Assembly: GCA_963764785.1 (NCBI GenBank)
Contig: CAVXTU010000001.1
Location: 1,045,754-1,109,753 of the forward strand
Reading direction: 5' to 3'
Source of the DNA: an uncultured Chloroflexia bacterium
GTDB lineage: Bacteria; Chloroflexota; Limnocylindria; Limnocylindrales; CSP1-4
DNA: 64,000 bases
Within the stretch, counting starts at the first letter, position 1; every line of letters starts with the position of its first letter. The notes under the pieces were generated by a model. The model searched no databases. It had not been told where the DNA came from and saw nothing but the letters and a program-made list of their open reading frames with translations. Positions 18,212 through 28,797 of this stretch are shown one piece after another. The translations under genes and the position numbers were made by a program.

Positions 18212-19243
18212 CTACTCGGCGGGTTCGGCGGCGACCTCGTCCTCGAAACGCTGCGTGAGCTCGGTACGGGCGGCACCAGCGGCGTCGAAGTCGTAGTCGA
18301 TCAGCGGGACCTCGTCAAGGCTGACCGAAAGGTCGCTGACCGCGGCGTCAGGGTTGGTCGGCAGTTGGAACGAGCCGACCGCAGGGCCGATCTCCTGGGT
18401 GTCTGCCTGCAGGGACCAGTCGATCCACTTCTTGGCGTTGTCCGGGTTCTGAGCTCCGTTGACCAGCGCTACCGCACCGATCTCATACCCCGTGCCCTCG
18501 CTCGGGAAGGTCACGACGAGATCCGTGAAGCCCTCTTCGTAATTCTTGATGCAGTCGTGGCTGAAGATGATGGCAGTCGCGATCTCACCGCGTCCGGCCA
18601 TGCCGCCCGGCGCAGAGCCGGACTTGGTGTACTGCAGGATGTTGGGATGCAGGGCCTTCATATAGGCGATGGCCTGGTCCTCGCCGCCCAGTCGGATGAC
18701 CTGCGTGTAGAGAGCTGTGTACGCCGTGCCGGAACTGGCAGGGTGCGCGACCGCCACATTGCCCTGGAGCGTGGGATCCAGCAGGGCTTCCCATGAGTCG
18801 GGGGCGGCGATGCCCAGGCGCTCCAGCTCAGACTGATTGGAGCAGAATCCGAGCGCGCCCACGTAGACACCGGTCCAGGTGCCGTCGGCGGCCTTCTTGT
18901 CATCCGGGATGGCGGCGGCGTTGGGCGAGATGTAGGGCTCGATCAGCCCCTCTGCGGCGGCGGCGATCTGACCATCCGCCGGGCCGCCCCACCAGACGTC
19001 GAACTCGGGCGCCTCGGCGCCGGCACGCAAGCGCGCCAGTGCCTCGCCTGACGACATCCGCACATAGCTGGTGTCGATGCCCGTCTGGGCCTGGAACTCA
19101 TCCACCATCTTGACGCACCAGTCTTCCTGGGGCGTGCAGAGAACGACGAGGCTGCCCTCGTCCTGAGCGGCGGCTGTGGCACCGAGCCCCGCTACCAGCA
19201 TGCTCGACAGCAGGATCGAGCCGAATCCTCGACGTCGTGTCAT
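18212..19243 (-). CDS. ABC substrate-binding protein (FbpA/AfuA family)
   Basis: Signal peptide ending AAA-QD; RMSSGE, DVWWGGP, HPASSGTAY and EGTGYEIG motifs. Confidence 0.9.
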   Translation of the reverse strand: MTRRRGFGSILLSSMLVAGLGATAAAQDEGSLVVLCTPQEDWCVKMVDEFQAQTGIDTSYVRMSSGEALARLRAGAEAPEFDVWWGGPADGQIAAAAEGLIEPYISPNAAAIPDDKKAADGTWTGVYVGALGFCSNQSELERLGIAAPDSWEALLDPTLQGNVAVAHPASSGTAYTALYTQVIRLGGEDQAIAYMKALHPNILQYTKSGSAPGGMAGRGEIATAIIFSHDCIKNYEEGFTDLVVTFPSEGTGYEIGAVALVNGAQNPDNAKKWIDWSLQADTQEIGPAVGSFQLPTNPDAAVSDLSVSLDEVPLIDYDFDAAGAARTELTQRFEDEVAAEPAE

Positions 19244-19479
19244 ACGACCAGTCCCTCCTCCAGAGAATTGGGTCGGCCATCCCTCGCCGAACCCTTGTGG
19301 AGGGGCACGGTAGCACACGGCCAAGGCCTGAAATCGGCTGAACGTGGCGCCATCAGCCCGGCCGCTCGGCGCACGATACGGACCATGCGGTGGGCGCGTG
19401 GCCAGACTGGCGTGGCTGACCTCCCGTTCGGTGAGCGGCAGGCCCGCGGACTGGGTCCCGCCGCTCGGTGGTACGACGG

Positions 19480-20758
19480 TCAGCCGGCCGATGCGGCCAG
19501 GGCCTGCTCCAGATCTTCGATGATGTCATCGATATGCTCGATCCCGATGCACAGGCGGATGGTATCCGGCGTGACGTTGGCCGAAGCCAGCTCAGCTTCG
19601 TTGAGCTGTCGATGGGTGGTGGACGCCGGATGCGCGGCCAGCGAGCGGACGTCGCCGATGTTGACGAGTCGCTTGAACAGCTTGAGCGAGTCGTAGAACT
19701 TGACGCCCGGTTCGTATCCTCCCTTGACGCCGAAGCTCAGCAGGCCCGATGGCTTGCCGCCGGTGTACTTCTGCGCGAGCTCGTAGTAGGGCGAGTCCGG
19801 CAGACCGGCATATGCGACCCACGCGACCTGATCGTGGTTCTTGAGGAACTCGGCCACGGTCTGGGCATTGCTGACGTGGCGCTCCATGCGCAGCGGCAGC
19901 GTCTCGATCCCCTGGATGATGAGGAAGGCGTTCAGCGGGCTGATGGCAGAACCGGTATTGCGCAGCGGCACCGTTCGCGCGCGGGCGATGAACGCGGCCG
20001 GACCGAAGGTCTCCGTGTAGACGACGCCGTGGTACGCGGGCTCGGGCTCGGTCAGCATGGGGTACTTGTCCGCGTGATCGGCCCAGGCGAACTTGCCGCT
20101 ATCGATGATCATGCCGCCGAGCGAGTTGCCGTGACCACCGATGTACTTGGTCATCGAGTGGACCACGATGTCCACGCCGTAGTCGATGGAGCGTGTCAGC
20201 ACCGGAGTCGACACCGTCGCATCGGCGATAACGGGGACACCGTGGCGGTGGGCCATCTCGGTGATGGCCTCGATATCAGCCACGTTTCCTGCGGGATTAC
20301 CGATGGTCTCGATGAAGACAGCGGCGGTCTTGTCGTCGATGAGGCGCTCGAGGGCGTCCGGGCTGCCGTCCTCGAGCGAATCGGACCTCGATGCCCAGGC
20401 CAGGGAGCATGTGCGCGAACAAGGTGTAGGTTCCGCCGTAGAGGAGCGGCACCGAGACGATGTTGGAGCCGGCCTTGGCGATGGTCAGGATGGCGTAGTT
20501 GATGGCCGCCGACCCTGCGGACACGGCCAACCCCGCGATGCCCCCCTCCAGCTCGGCGACGCGCTTCTCCAGTACGTCAGCGGTGGGGTTCATGATGCGG
20601 GTATAGATATTGCCCGCCACCTCGAGGTTGAAGAGGTCTGCGCCATGCTTGGCGTCGTCGAACTCGTAGGCGACCGTCTGATAGATGGGAACGGCCACCG
20701 ACTTGGTGGTTGGTTCGGTCTCGTATCCGGCGTGGATGGCGATGGTCTCGGCTCTCAT
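19480..20758 (-). CDS. metY: O-acetyl/succinylhomoserine sulfhydrylase, frameshift near 20370-20300
   Basis: [30 protein letters not shown]; [11 protein letters not shown] (PLP Lys); [16 protein letters not shown]. Confidence 0.9.
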
Positions 20759-21894
20759 TGGTGGCGTGTCTCCTGCGCTGTGCGTGGTGGCTTCGACGAG
20801 GGCGTTGCCGGCCCCGGGTGGGCATCTCGGCCCATGCCAAGCGGATCCTCCGGATCGATACCGGGCATGAACGGCTCGTGGCGATCGAGGCCGGTGAGCT
20901 GGTAGACCAGCCCCAGCCAGTTGTTGAAGAGTGCTCGGCCCGTATCTCCCCAAGTGTTGTCCAGGTGGTCATCGAACGATGACTCCGGGAACTCCGGATG
21001 GACCCCACCGTGGGCTCGTGCGGCGAGAGCATCGCGGAGATATGACTGTGCCAGCTCATCGGAGGCTGAGTCCAGGTACCGCACAGGATACGGTGGTGGG
21101 GCATCCAGCTCCCCGTCAAGGAACCGACCGACTTCCCGCTTGTATTCCTTGAGCAGGCTGTTGCGGTCGTACTCAGGGTGGCCCTGGAAGTAGATGATAC
21201 GGAAGCCATCCGGACTGGTCGCCAGGTGCACGCCGGCCTCGTCACTTTCAGCCAGCACTCGCAGTCCCGCCCCATCCCACTTGTGACGGGCGATGTCGTT
21301 CCAGCGTGAGTGCGGGGCGTCGAAGCGGGTGTTGACATCCTGGGTGAGCGGGTGCGAACGATCGCACACCCGATGACGATAGACGCCCCAGAGCTTCTGT
21401 TCGAATGGTTCGCGATCAAGCCCATAGAGGTGTTTGAGCAGGGCGTGGGTGGCCAGGCACGAGCACAGGATGCTGGTGACATGTCGCTCAGCCCAGGCCA
21501 CGACCTCGCCCAGCGGCTCCCAGAACGGCTCCAGATCCAGCGATGGATTGGTCACGTTGGCGCCGCTGATGATGAGTGCGTCCAGGCCGCGGGCCTTGAG
21601 CTCGTCGAAGTCGGCGTAGTACGTCTGGATGTGGCTACGTGCCTGGGCGCTGCGCGCCAGCCCCGGAACACTGAAGGGATACACGTAGAGCTGGGTGATG
21701 CGGTTGCATGCGCCAACCAGTCGCATGTACTGCTTCTCGGTCACCAGCAACGCCGCGTCCGGCATCATGTTGAGCAGCCCGATATGCAGCTCGCGGATAT
21801 CCTGGGTGCGCGCCCGCTCGACACTCAGCACATCCTCGCCCTCGGAGCGCAGGCGCTCGAAGGTGGGCAGCGCGTTGTGGGCTACCAGGGGCAT
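20755..21894 (-). CDS. metA: Homoserine O-acyltransferase, MetA family
   Basis: [25 protein letters not shown], catalytic CSCLA, PHSR and FQGHPEYD; ATGA overlap with metY. Confidence 0.9.
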   Translation of the reverse strand: MPLVAHNALPTFERLRSEGEDVLSVERARTQDIRELHIGLLNMMPDAALLVTEKQYMRLVGACNRITQLYVYPFSVPGLARSAQARSHIQTYYADFDELKARGLDALIISGANVTNPSLDLEPFWEPLGEVVAWAERHVTSILCSCLATHALLKHLYGLDREPFEQKLWGVYRHRVCDRSHPLTQDVNTRFDAPHSRWNDIARHKWDGAGLRVLAESDEAGVHLATSPDGFRIIYFQGHPEYDRNSLLKEYKREVGRFLDGELDAPPPYPVRYLDSASDELAQSYLRDALAARAHGGVHPEFPESSFDDHLDNTWGDTGRALFNNWLGLVYQLTGLDRHEPFMPGIDPEDPLGMGRDAHPGPATPSSKPPRTAQETRHQ

Positions 21895-21979
21895 GCAGGT
21901 CTCTCCATCTCCATTCCGACGCGTGATGCGGAGGTTGATGGTACCTGCGGGCGCGAGCCTGATGGCTGACGCCGTCTGC

Positions 21980-22468
21980 CTAGTTGACGCGCCTTGCCGT
22001 GGGATCCAGGGGCAGGGTTTCCTCGGGCTTGATCTGCATCGGCCGGCTCAGGACCGCGGTGTCGTGGCAGGCCGGGCAGCTATAGGCTCGGCCGATGTGC
22101 GACGGTAGGTCACCCGACCCGACGGGTTCGACGTTCAGCGGGACCGGTTCGGCATCCTCGCCGTGCTGATGCCACATCTTGGTGGCGCCATCGTCGGCCA
22201 GTGAGATCAGCGTCCAGGTGGCCTCACCGGGATCGCCCGGGCTGAATGCGCTCGCTTGTGATGGGACCCACCAGTAGGGCAACGATCCATCCGGGTCGGG
22301 TAGACCGGCCAGGAGGTACATGCCGGAGTCATCCGGACCCGAATGCAGGAACTCCGGCGGCGCGCCGTCTGCCAGGGGGGCCACGCCGATGTCAGTGCCA
22401 TCATCAGGCCCGCCCCGGAGTCGCGCCCGGTAGACACTGGCGGGGGTAGCTGCACGGTTCGTATCCAT
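21980..22468 (-). CDS. Hypothetical protein with LRGGPDDG motif and C-terminal CPACH
   Basis: Fills the gap between metA and the QEGLA gene; plausible globular composition; start uncertain (22468 or 22477). Confidence 0.55.
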   Translation of the reverse strand: MDTNRAATPASVYRARLRGGPDDGTDIGVAPLADGAPPEFLHSGPDDSGMYLLAGLPDPDGSLPYWWVPSQASAFSPGDPGEATWTLISLADDGATKMWHQHGEDAEPVPLNVEPVGSGDLPSHIGRAYSCPACHDTAVLSRPMQIKPEETLPLDPTARRVN

Positions 22469-22584
22469 CGGTACCATCCTGCCGATAGGACTATCGCCGG
22501 TAAAGAGGCTGACGCTCCTTGGGGTGCGCCCGGTCAACGAAATCCCGCCGCAGCCGGCTGTTCAGGCCGTTCGTTCAGCTCGTC

Positions 22585-23868
22585 CTAGGCGGCCATCGCG
22601 CCCTCGTCGAGCTCCAGGAAACGCGGCAGCTCGACGAGTTCCATCTTGATGCGGCCGCTCACCAATGAGTAGGCCAGGTAGGCGCTGAGCCGGCGCAGAC
22701 CCACGATCCACTCCGGCAGGTACCGCGCCGGATCCAGCACCCCGGCCGCGAATAGCGGTTCCAGTTCGATAGCGTCGCCAAGCGTCATGCGTCCGGCAAA
22801 GAGGACGGGGATGAGCTCTGCCCGCCCATCGGCGACCACCTTTCGCAGGAACGTCTGTACCAGCAGGAGGCCCTCCAGGTAGGCAGCGTCCTTGGTGAAG
22901 GCGATCCTGCCGCGCACGTCGCCGCCGCGGAAGACGCGCTGAGCGGAGTTGTAGGCATCGCTCTCGCTCTGTCCCCCCTCGAGGTAGATCTTGAAGACCT
23001 CGATGAAGTCAGCTCCGGCAAGCGCTGCATTCACCGCCTGGGAACGCAGCGCGACGCGTCGCAGCCGGACGATGTCGATCGAGGAGGTGATGAGCTCGGA
23101 GAAGACGGCCAGGCCTTCCTGCGTACGTGTCGTCCGCGGTGAGCCCAGGCCCAGCACGCGGAGATGCGGCTGAGCCCTACCGCTCAACGAGGTGGCGGCA
23201 TGGATGAATGCTTCGTGGTTCAGCAACTGCCCCAGATCAAGGTCGGAGAACATGGCCCCCGCCTGGACCTTGACTCGGGACGCCCCAGCCGCCGCCTTGG
23301 CCGACATCTTCGGGTCGATGACGACCTCGACGCGATCCTTGGTGAAGAACGAGTCGAGCCCCACTCGGAGCATCTCGGCGAAGCGCTCAGCGGGGATATC
23401 CGGCGTGGTCTTCATCACGGCATCCGACTGTTGTAGCTGTGCCGTGACCTCGACGATCGCCTCGGCAGCAAGGACAGAGGACATGCCCTGGCGCTCGTAG
23501 ACGAAGTCTGGCCGGCCGTACAGCCTGACCGAGTGCTGCGTGAACTCGGGTGTGCCAACGGCACCCAGCATCCGCGCAGCGGTGAGGTAGCTCCAGGCGG
23601 TCTTGTAGAGGTGATCGCCCATGGGGTCAGATCGATCGCAGCGGGACATCAGCGCCTGCAGCGCCTCGATCTCGGCACGGTGGTCGGTGGGATGAAGCTC
23701 GACCTGCGGCAAGCGCGGCGAGCCTCCACGCCAAGCCTTCAGGAATGTCGTCTCCTGCTCGCGGGGCCAGGTCAGATTGGAGAGGACGCGGATGGAACCC
23801 GCGATCTTGATGAGCTCGGCATCGAGCACGTCAAGACGCTCGCCTGCCTCCGAAGTGAGTAGCAACAC
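22585..23868 (-). CDS. QEGLA-motif protein (DUF1704; MATCAP-like metallopeptidase)
   Basis: HEAFIH zinc motif, TRTQEGLA, RVFRGG..FTKD..YL. Confidence 0.9.
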   Translation of the reverse strand: MLLLTSEAGERLDVLDAELIKIAGSIRVLSNLTWPREQETTFLKAWRGGSPRLPQVELHPTDHRAEIEALQALMSRCDRSDPMGDHLYKTAWSYLTAARMLGAVGTPEFTQHSVRLYGRPDFVYERQGMSSVLAAEAIVEVTAQLQQSDAVMKTTPDIPAERFAEMLRVGLDSFFTKDRVEVVIDPKMSAKAAAGASRVKVQAGAMFSDLDLGQLLNHEAFIHAATSLSGRAQPHLRVLGLGSPRTTRTQEGLAVFSELITSSIDIVRLRRVALRSQAVNAALAGADFIEVFKIYLEGGQSESDAYNSAQRVFRGGDVRGRIAFTKDAAYLEGLLLVQTFLRKVVADGRAELIPVLFAGRMTLGDAIELEPLFAAGVLDPARYLPEWIVGLRRLSAYLAYSLVSGRIKMELVELPRFLELDEGAMAA

Positions 23869-23955
23869 GGCGCTCCTAAACGTCGGCCCCGCACACCGCG
23901 CGTGCGCCGATCAGGTCGGCAGCATCGCACATCGAGTGCGGAGTCGAATTGGTGA

Positions 23956-26868
23956 TCAGACGCGGGCCGCGTCCACCGGCAGTCGCTGGGCGAGCACCTC
24001 GGCAAGGTGTCGGGCTCGACGCCCTGAGAGCGAGTCGATCTGTGTGCGGCAGCTGAAGCCATCCGCCATGACCGGCGCATCGAGATCGGCGTCGAGGGCC
24101 GGCAGCAGCGCCAGTTCCGCCACCGCCTGCGCGATCTCCTCATGGCCGCGCTCAGCGCCGAAATTGCCAGCCAGGCCACAGCAGCCCGACAGCTCCCTGC
24201 TCACGTCGATGCCATTGCGTTCCATGACGCGGCGGTCCGCATCCAGGCCCAGCACCGATTGCTGGTGACAGTGTGGTTGAGAGATCGCTGCTGCCGTAGC
24301 CGTCGCCGCGACCGGGCCCACGTACTCGACCCGGTCCAGCAGTTGCGCCAGCGTGACGACACGATCAGCGACCGAGCGGGCCCGTGGATCGTCCGGTAGC
24401 AGCTCGGGCAGGTCCGTCCTGAGCATCGTCGCGCACGATGGTTCAAGCACCAGGATCGGTTCGTCGCCCGCGAGCTCCGGAGCTCCCAACGAGCGTCGTA
24501 GTACCCGCCTGGCGGTGCTGAGCTGCCCGGTCGTGTGCCAGGTGAGGCCGCAACATATGCTGCGCTCCGGCACGATGGTCCCGAAACCGGCAGCCTCGAG
24601 CACGCGCACCGCGTCGTGGGCCACCTGTGGCGTCAAGCGGTTGTTGAAGGTATCGGGCCACAACACGACAGATCCATGTTGGGGCGACATGGTGGTGTGG
24701 CCTGGCTTCCAGTCCCGGGTGAACGCCCGCCGCGCTACCGGTGGGATGCTGCGGCCCGTGGCGATGCCGGCCGCCACTGTGAAGACTCGCCGCGTGAGGA
24801 CCGACCCGGTGACGGCGTTGACCAGCCGTGGCATCCGGGCTGTCAACTTCAGCCACAAGGGCAGCCAGCCCAGCGAGTAGTGCGACATCGGCCGGAGCCG
24901 CCGACGATAGTGATGGTCGAGGAATTCCGACTTGTAGGCGGCCATGTCAACGCCGGTGGGACATTCGGTGGCACAGCCGCGGCAGGACAGGCACAGGTCC
25001 AGGGCATCGCGTACCTCGGTCGAGCGCCACCCTTGATCAGCCAGGCTACCCGACACCATCTCCTGAAGGAGACGAGCACGCCCCCGAGTGGAATGCTCCT
25101 CGGCGAGGGTGGCGCGGTAGCTGGGGCACATCAGCGCCGACCCCTGGGTCGAAACGCATCGACCGATGCCGATGCATCGCTCCACGGCCGAACGGAAGTC
25201 GCCCCGGTCATCGTTGTATGCCTGTCTTGGGGACAGTCGCAGGAGTTGCGGCTCGGCGACTCGCAGTCCGGTCGTGAGGGGGAGCGGATCGACGATGATG
25301 GCTGGATTGAGCACGTCTGACGGATCCCAGATGTCCTTGAACTCGGCGAACGCGGCTCGCAACTGCGGGCTGAACTGCTTCTCGAGCAGTGGCCCTCTCG
25401 ATCGCCCGTCACCGTGCTCGCCGGAGAGTGAACCACCATGTGCGACGACCAGGTCCGCGGCCGCGTCCATGAAACGCTCGTAGCGTTCGACGCCACCGAC
25501 TTCGCTCAAGCCGAATCCGACGCGCAGGTGGACACAGCCTTCACCGTAGTGGCCGTAGGAGATGGCTTGGAGGCCTTGCTCGGTCAAGAGGCTCCGGAGC
25601 TCCCTGAGGTAGCTGCCAAGTCGTTGGGGCGGCACGGCCGAGTCCTCGAAGCCCGGCCACGTCCGGGTGCCATCAGCCAGGCGTGCCGAGTGCCCCGCGC
25701 CATCCTCGCGGATCTGCCATAGCGCGGCCTGGGCAGCCGGGTCGTCGATGAGATGCACATCTGACGCATCCAACGGACGCCCCAGCGAGCCGACCAGTCG
25801 CTCGGCATGCTCCCGGGCACCGGACACGTCTTCAGCCCGCGCCTCGACCAGCAACCAGGCACCTCCCTCGGGCAGGCCGACCGCCTGGGGCGTTGCGTGT
25901 GCGAGCGTGAGCAGCTCGGCCGACAGGGATTCGACCGTAAATGGCTTTGCCGTCAATAGGGCCGGGACGCTGTAAGCGCCTTCGATGTCGTCGCTGAAGC
26001 CCAGCACCAGCAGCACCCGGCTGGTTGGCGGCCGTACCAGTCGCAGGGTGGCTCGTGCGAGGACGACGCAGGTGCCCTCGGTGCCGGTCAGCGCCTTGAC
26101 CACATCCTTGCCCCGCTCCGGGAGCAGCCAGTCAAGGGCATAGCCGGAGACTCGGCGCGGCCATTCGGGCAGCTCGCGCCGGATGAGCTCTTCGTTCGCA
26201 GTGCTAAACGAACGGAGTCGGTCGGCCAGCGCCCCCTCGAGTGCTGGCCATGCATCGCCGGGACGGGGCGCTGGCGCATCAGGGCTGGTCAGCTGGGTCC
26301 GTGATCCGTCCGGGGTGATGACGTCCAGGCCGAGCACGTTCTGCGCAGTGGTGCCCCACGCCACCGAATGCGAACCACAGGCGTTATTACCGACCATGCC
26401 CCCGATGGTGCAGCGGCTGTGCGTGGAAGGGTCGGGCCCGAAGCGGAGGCCGTGCTTCATGGCGGCGGCGTTTAGGTCGTCGAGTACGACTCCGGGTTCG
26501 ACGACGGCGTATCCCGCTTCGGGGTGGAGCTCCACGATGCGAGACAGGGACCGGGTAAGGACCACGACGCTCGAGCCCAGGGCGTTGCCGGCGATGCTGG
26601 TGCCCCCACCGCGTACGGTCAACGCGATGCCAGCCTCGCCGCAGGTGCCCGCGATCAAGGCCAGCTCGTCGATGTCGCGCGGTGCCACGACCAGGGTCGG
26701 CAGCGCCCGGAAGAGAGATGCGTCAGAGGTGTAGAGGGCCCGCGTGCCCAGGTCGCGATGGACGCGCTCGCCAAGCTTCAGTCGCAGGCGCTGATCCACC
26801 CATTCGATGCGGTCGAGGTCAGGCGCCGTGCCGGGCGTCGTGGGGTGGCGGTTCTCGGTCACGGGCAC
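23956..26868 (-). CDS. FAD-binding and Fe-S-binding oxidoreductase (GlcD+GlcF-like fusion)
   Basis: RGGGTSIAG, GPDPST, GEHGDG, CIGIGRC and CLSCRGCATECP ferredoxin motifs, CCG domains. Confidence 0.93.
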   Translation of the reverse strand: MPVTENRHPTTPGTAPDLDRIEWVDQRLRLKLGERVHRDLGTRALYTSDASLFRALPTLVVAPRDIDELALIAGTCGEAGIALTVRGGGTSIAGNALGSSVVVLTRSLSRIVELHPEAGYAVVEPGVVLDDLNAAAMKHGLRFGPDPSTHSRCTIGGMVGNNACGSHSVAWGTTAQNVLGLDVITPDGSRTQLTSPDAPAPRPGDAWPALEGALADRLRSFSTANEELIRRELPEWPRRVSGYALDWLLPERGKDVVKALTGTEGTCVVLARATLRLVRPPTSRVLLVLGFSDDIEGAYSVPALLTAKPFTVESLSAELLTLAHATPQAVGLPEGGAWLLVEARAEDVSGAREHAERLVGSLGRPLDASDVHLIDDPAAQAALWQIREDGAGHSARLADGTRTWPGFEDSAVPPQRLGSYLRELRSLLTEQGLQAISYGHYGEGCVHLRVGFGLSEVGGVERYERFMDAAADLVVAHGGSLSGEHGDGRSRGPLLEKQFSPQLRAAFAEFKDIWDPSDVLNPAIIVDPLPLTTGLRVAEPQLLRLSPRQAYNDDRGDFRSAVERCIGIGRCVSTQGSALMCPSYRATLAEEHSTRGRARLLQEMVSGSLADQGWRSTEVRDALDLCLSCRGCATECPTGVDMAAYKSEFLDHHYRRRLRPMSHYSLGWLPLWLKLTARMPRLVNAVTGSVLTRRVFTVAAGIATGRSIPPVARRAFTRDWKPGHTTMSPQHGSVVLWPDTFNNRLTPQVAHDAVRVLEAAGFGTIVPERSICCGLTWHTTGQLSTARRVLRRSLGAPELAGDEPILVLEPSCATMLRTDLPELLPDDPRARSVADRVVTLAQLLDRVEYVGPVAATATAAAISQPHCHQQSVLGLDADRRVMERNGIDVSRELSGCCGLAGNFGAERGHEEIAQAVAELALLPALDADLDAPVMADGFSCRTQIDSLSGRRARHLAEVLAQRLPVDAARV

Positions 26869-27064
26869 CCCATGAGCCTACATGAGCCGTGGTGCGGACT
26901 TTGAGATGCCACTGCAACGCGTCCGGGCAGGATGGTGCGCGCGCTGGTAGCCACTGGCACGCGACCATCGATGGGTGACAGACCGCGGCCTTGTCGCCGC
27001 ACTGGATGGCGCGAGCCCACGGCCGCCGTACGACTCGATGCTGCTCACCACGAGGAGGATCTCG

Positions 27065-27360
27065 ATGCCCACCTGGACGGACAAGGACGAGCGCCAGTAC
27101 GAGCATGTCAAGGACAGCGCCATGGATCGCGGCAGGTCCGAGGACCGCGCGGAGGAGATCGCCGCGCGCACGGTCAACAAGCAGCGCCGCGAGGAAGGGC
27201 GCACACCGAGCCGTCGGACATCGGGTACCGGCAATCCCAACACCAGGCTGGAGGGCCGGACCCGCGATGAGCTCTACAACCGCGCCCGGGAACTGAAGAT
27301 CCTGGCCGGAGCAAGATGGACAAGTCGGAACTCATCGAGGCTATCCGGGCTCGAAGCTAG
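27065..27360 (+). CDS. Small protein with C-terminal Rho-N-like helical domain, frameshift near 27302
   Basis: GAGGAGG RBS; WTDKDERQYEHVK..AEEIAARTVNK..RTRDELYNRARELKI, then GRSKMDKSELIEAI in the next frame. Confidence 0.8.
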
Positions 27361-27374
27361 GGCTCCGTCGGGGA

Positions 27375-28760
27375 TCATGCGTCGGGCAGGACCTTGCCCG
27401 GGTTGAGGATCCCGCCAGGGTCCAGTGCAGCCTTGATCGAGCGCATGGCCGCCAGGCCGCGGGGACCGACCTGGTCCTCGAGATAGGCACGCTTGCTGAC
27501 GCCAGTGCCGTGTTCGCCAGCGATGGAACCGCCGAGCTCCAGGACCTCCGCGAAGAGATTCGCGCGCACCGCGTTGATGCGTTCTTCCGCGCGCGGATCA
27601 TCGCGCTCGGTCACGAACGTGGGGTGGAAGTTTCCGTCGCCGGCATGACCGAATACGCCGATCTCCATGTGATGCCGTGCGCTGATGCGCTCGATCAGGC
27701 TGATCAGCTCGGCAACGCGGCTACGGGGCACGCTGATGTCCTCGGTGCGGGCCGCGCCCGCCGCCGCCATCGACCAATGCGCTCGACGTCGAGCTTCGCG
27801 TAGCGCATCGGCCTGCGCCACATCAGCGGCACGTGAAGTCGAGGTGGAGCCCGCCTTCATGCAGGCGGCCGCGGCGACATCCAGCTCTGCCTCTGCCAGT
27901 TCACCACCGGCATCTGACTCGATCATCAGCATCGCGCCGGCACTCCGATCGAGCCCCAGCGACAGCGCCGCCTCGACTGCACGGATCACGTAGCTGTCGA
28001 GCATCTCGAGGGTGACCGGCGTGATCCCGGCCCTGGTGATCCGGCTCACGGCCGCGCCAGCGTGCCGGACGCTCGGGAAGAACGCGAGCATCGTCAACTT
28101 GGGCGCCGGCGCCGGTCGAAGCCGGAGCGTGGCCTCGGTGATGATTCCCAACGTTCCTTCGGATCCAACGAAGAGGTGCGTCAGGTCGTAGCCCATGACG
28201 TCCTTCACGTTGCGTCCACCGGTGCGGATGATCTCTCCATCGGCGAGGACGACCTCCAGGCCCAGGACATAGTCACCAGTCACGCCGTATTTGACGCATC
28301 GCAGGCCGCCAGCATTCTCGGCAAGGTTTCCCCCGATGACCGATGTCTCGTGCGAGGCGGGATCGGGTGGATAGGCCAGGCCAAGTGCTTCGACGGCCCG
28401 CTCAAGGTCGGCTGTCACCACGCCCGGCTGGGTCACCATGAGCAGGTTGTCGACGTCGACCTCGATGATCCGGTCCATCTTCGTCATCACCACCACCAGG
28501 CAGCCGTCCACGGCGTTGGCACCGCCGGACAGCCCGCTTCCGCCGCCGCGCGGCACCAGCGGTACACGATGCTGGCTCGCGAACCTGACGACCTCCTGAA
28601 CCTCGTGGGTAGACCGGGGAAAGACCACCCCCGCGGGCCGGCCCGGGTCCAGGAATTCCGTCTCGTCCCGCCGATACGACTCCATCTCCGTCGGCTCGGT
28701 CAGCAGGTCGGCTCCCGGAAGCGCCACGGTGAGGTCGCCAAGGAGCGCCCTTGAGATCAT
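27375..28760 (-). CDS. FAD-linked oxidase, GlcD/D-lactate dehydrogenase family
   Basis: PRGGGSGLSGG, YPPDPAS, GSEGTLG, GHAGDGNFH, GEHGTG. Confidence 0.93.
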   Translation of the reverse strand: MISRALLGDLTVALPGADLLTEPTEMESYRRDETEFLDPGRPAGVVFPRSTHEVQEVVRFASQHRVPLVPRGGGSGLSGGANAVDGCLVVVMTKMDRIIEVDVDNLLMVTQPGVVTADLERAVEALGLAYPPDPASHETSVIGGNLAENAGGLRCVKYGVTGDYVLGLEVVLADGEIIRTGGRNVKDVMGYDLTHLFVGSEGTLGIITEATLRLRPAPAPKLTMLAFFPSVRHAGAAVSRITRAGITPVTLEMLDSYVIRAVEAALSLGLDRSAGAMLMIESDAGGELAEAELDVAAAACMKAGSTSTSRAADVAQADALREARRRAHWSMAAAGAARTEDISVPRSRVAELISLIERISARHHMEIGVFGHAGDGNFHPTFVTERDDPRAEERINAVRANLFAEVLELGGSIAGEHGTGVSKRAYLEDQVGPRGLAAMRSIKAALDPGGILNPGKVLPDA

Positions 28761-28769
28761 CGTGCTCGA

Positions 28770-28797
28770 CGCCTCACGCCTCACGCCTCACGCCTCA
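28770..28797. repeat. Heptamer tandem repeat (CGCCTCA)x4
   Basis: Four exact copies at the mscS/glcD junction. Confidence 0.9.

Noticed and set aside
21895-21979. SAM or other riboswitch upstream of metA
   Set aside because: The gap is only about 85 nt, and no SAM-I/II/IV consensus elements or terminator are recognisable.
22055-22085. CxxCH as a c-type cytochrome
   Set aside because: No signal peptide or TM, so it is unlikely to reach haem-attachment machinery.
27065-27360. Plasmid or toxin-antitoxin element, since this family is often labelled plasmid stabilization protein
   Set aside because: No partner gene or mobility genes; this is a common small chromosomal protein.
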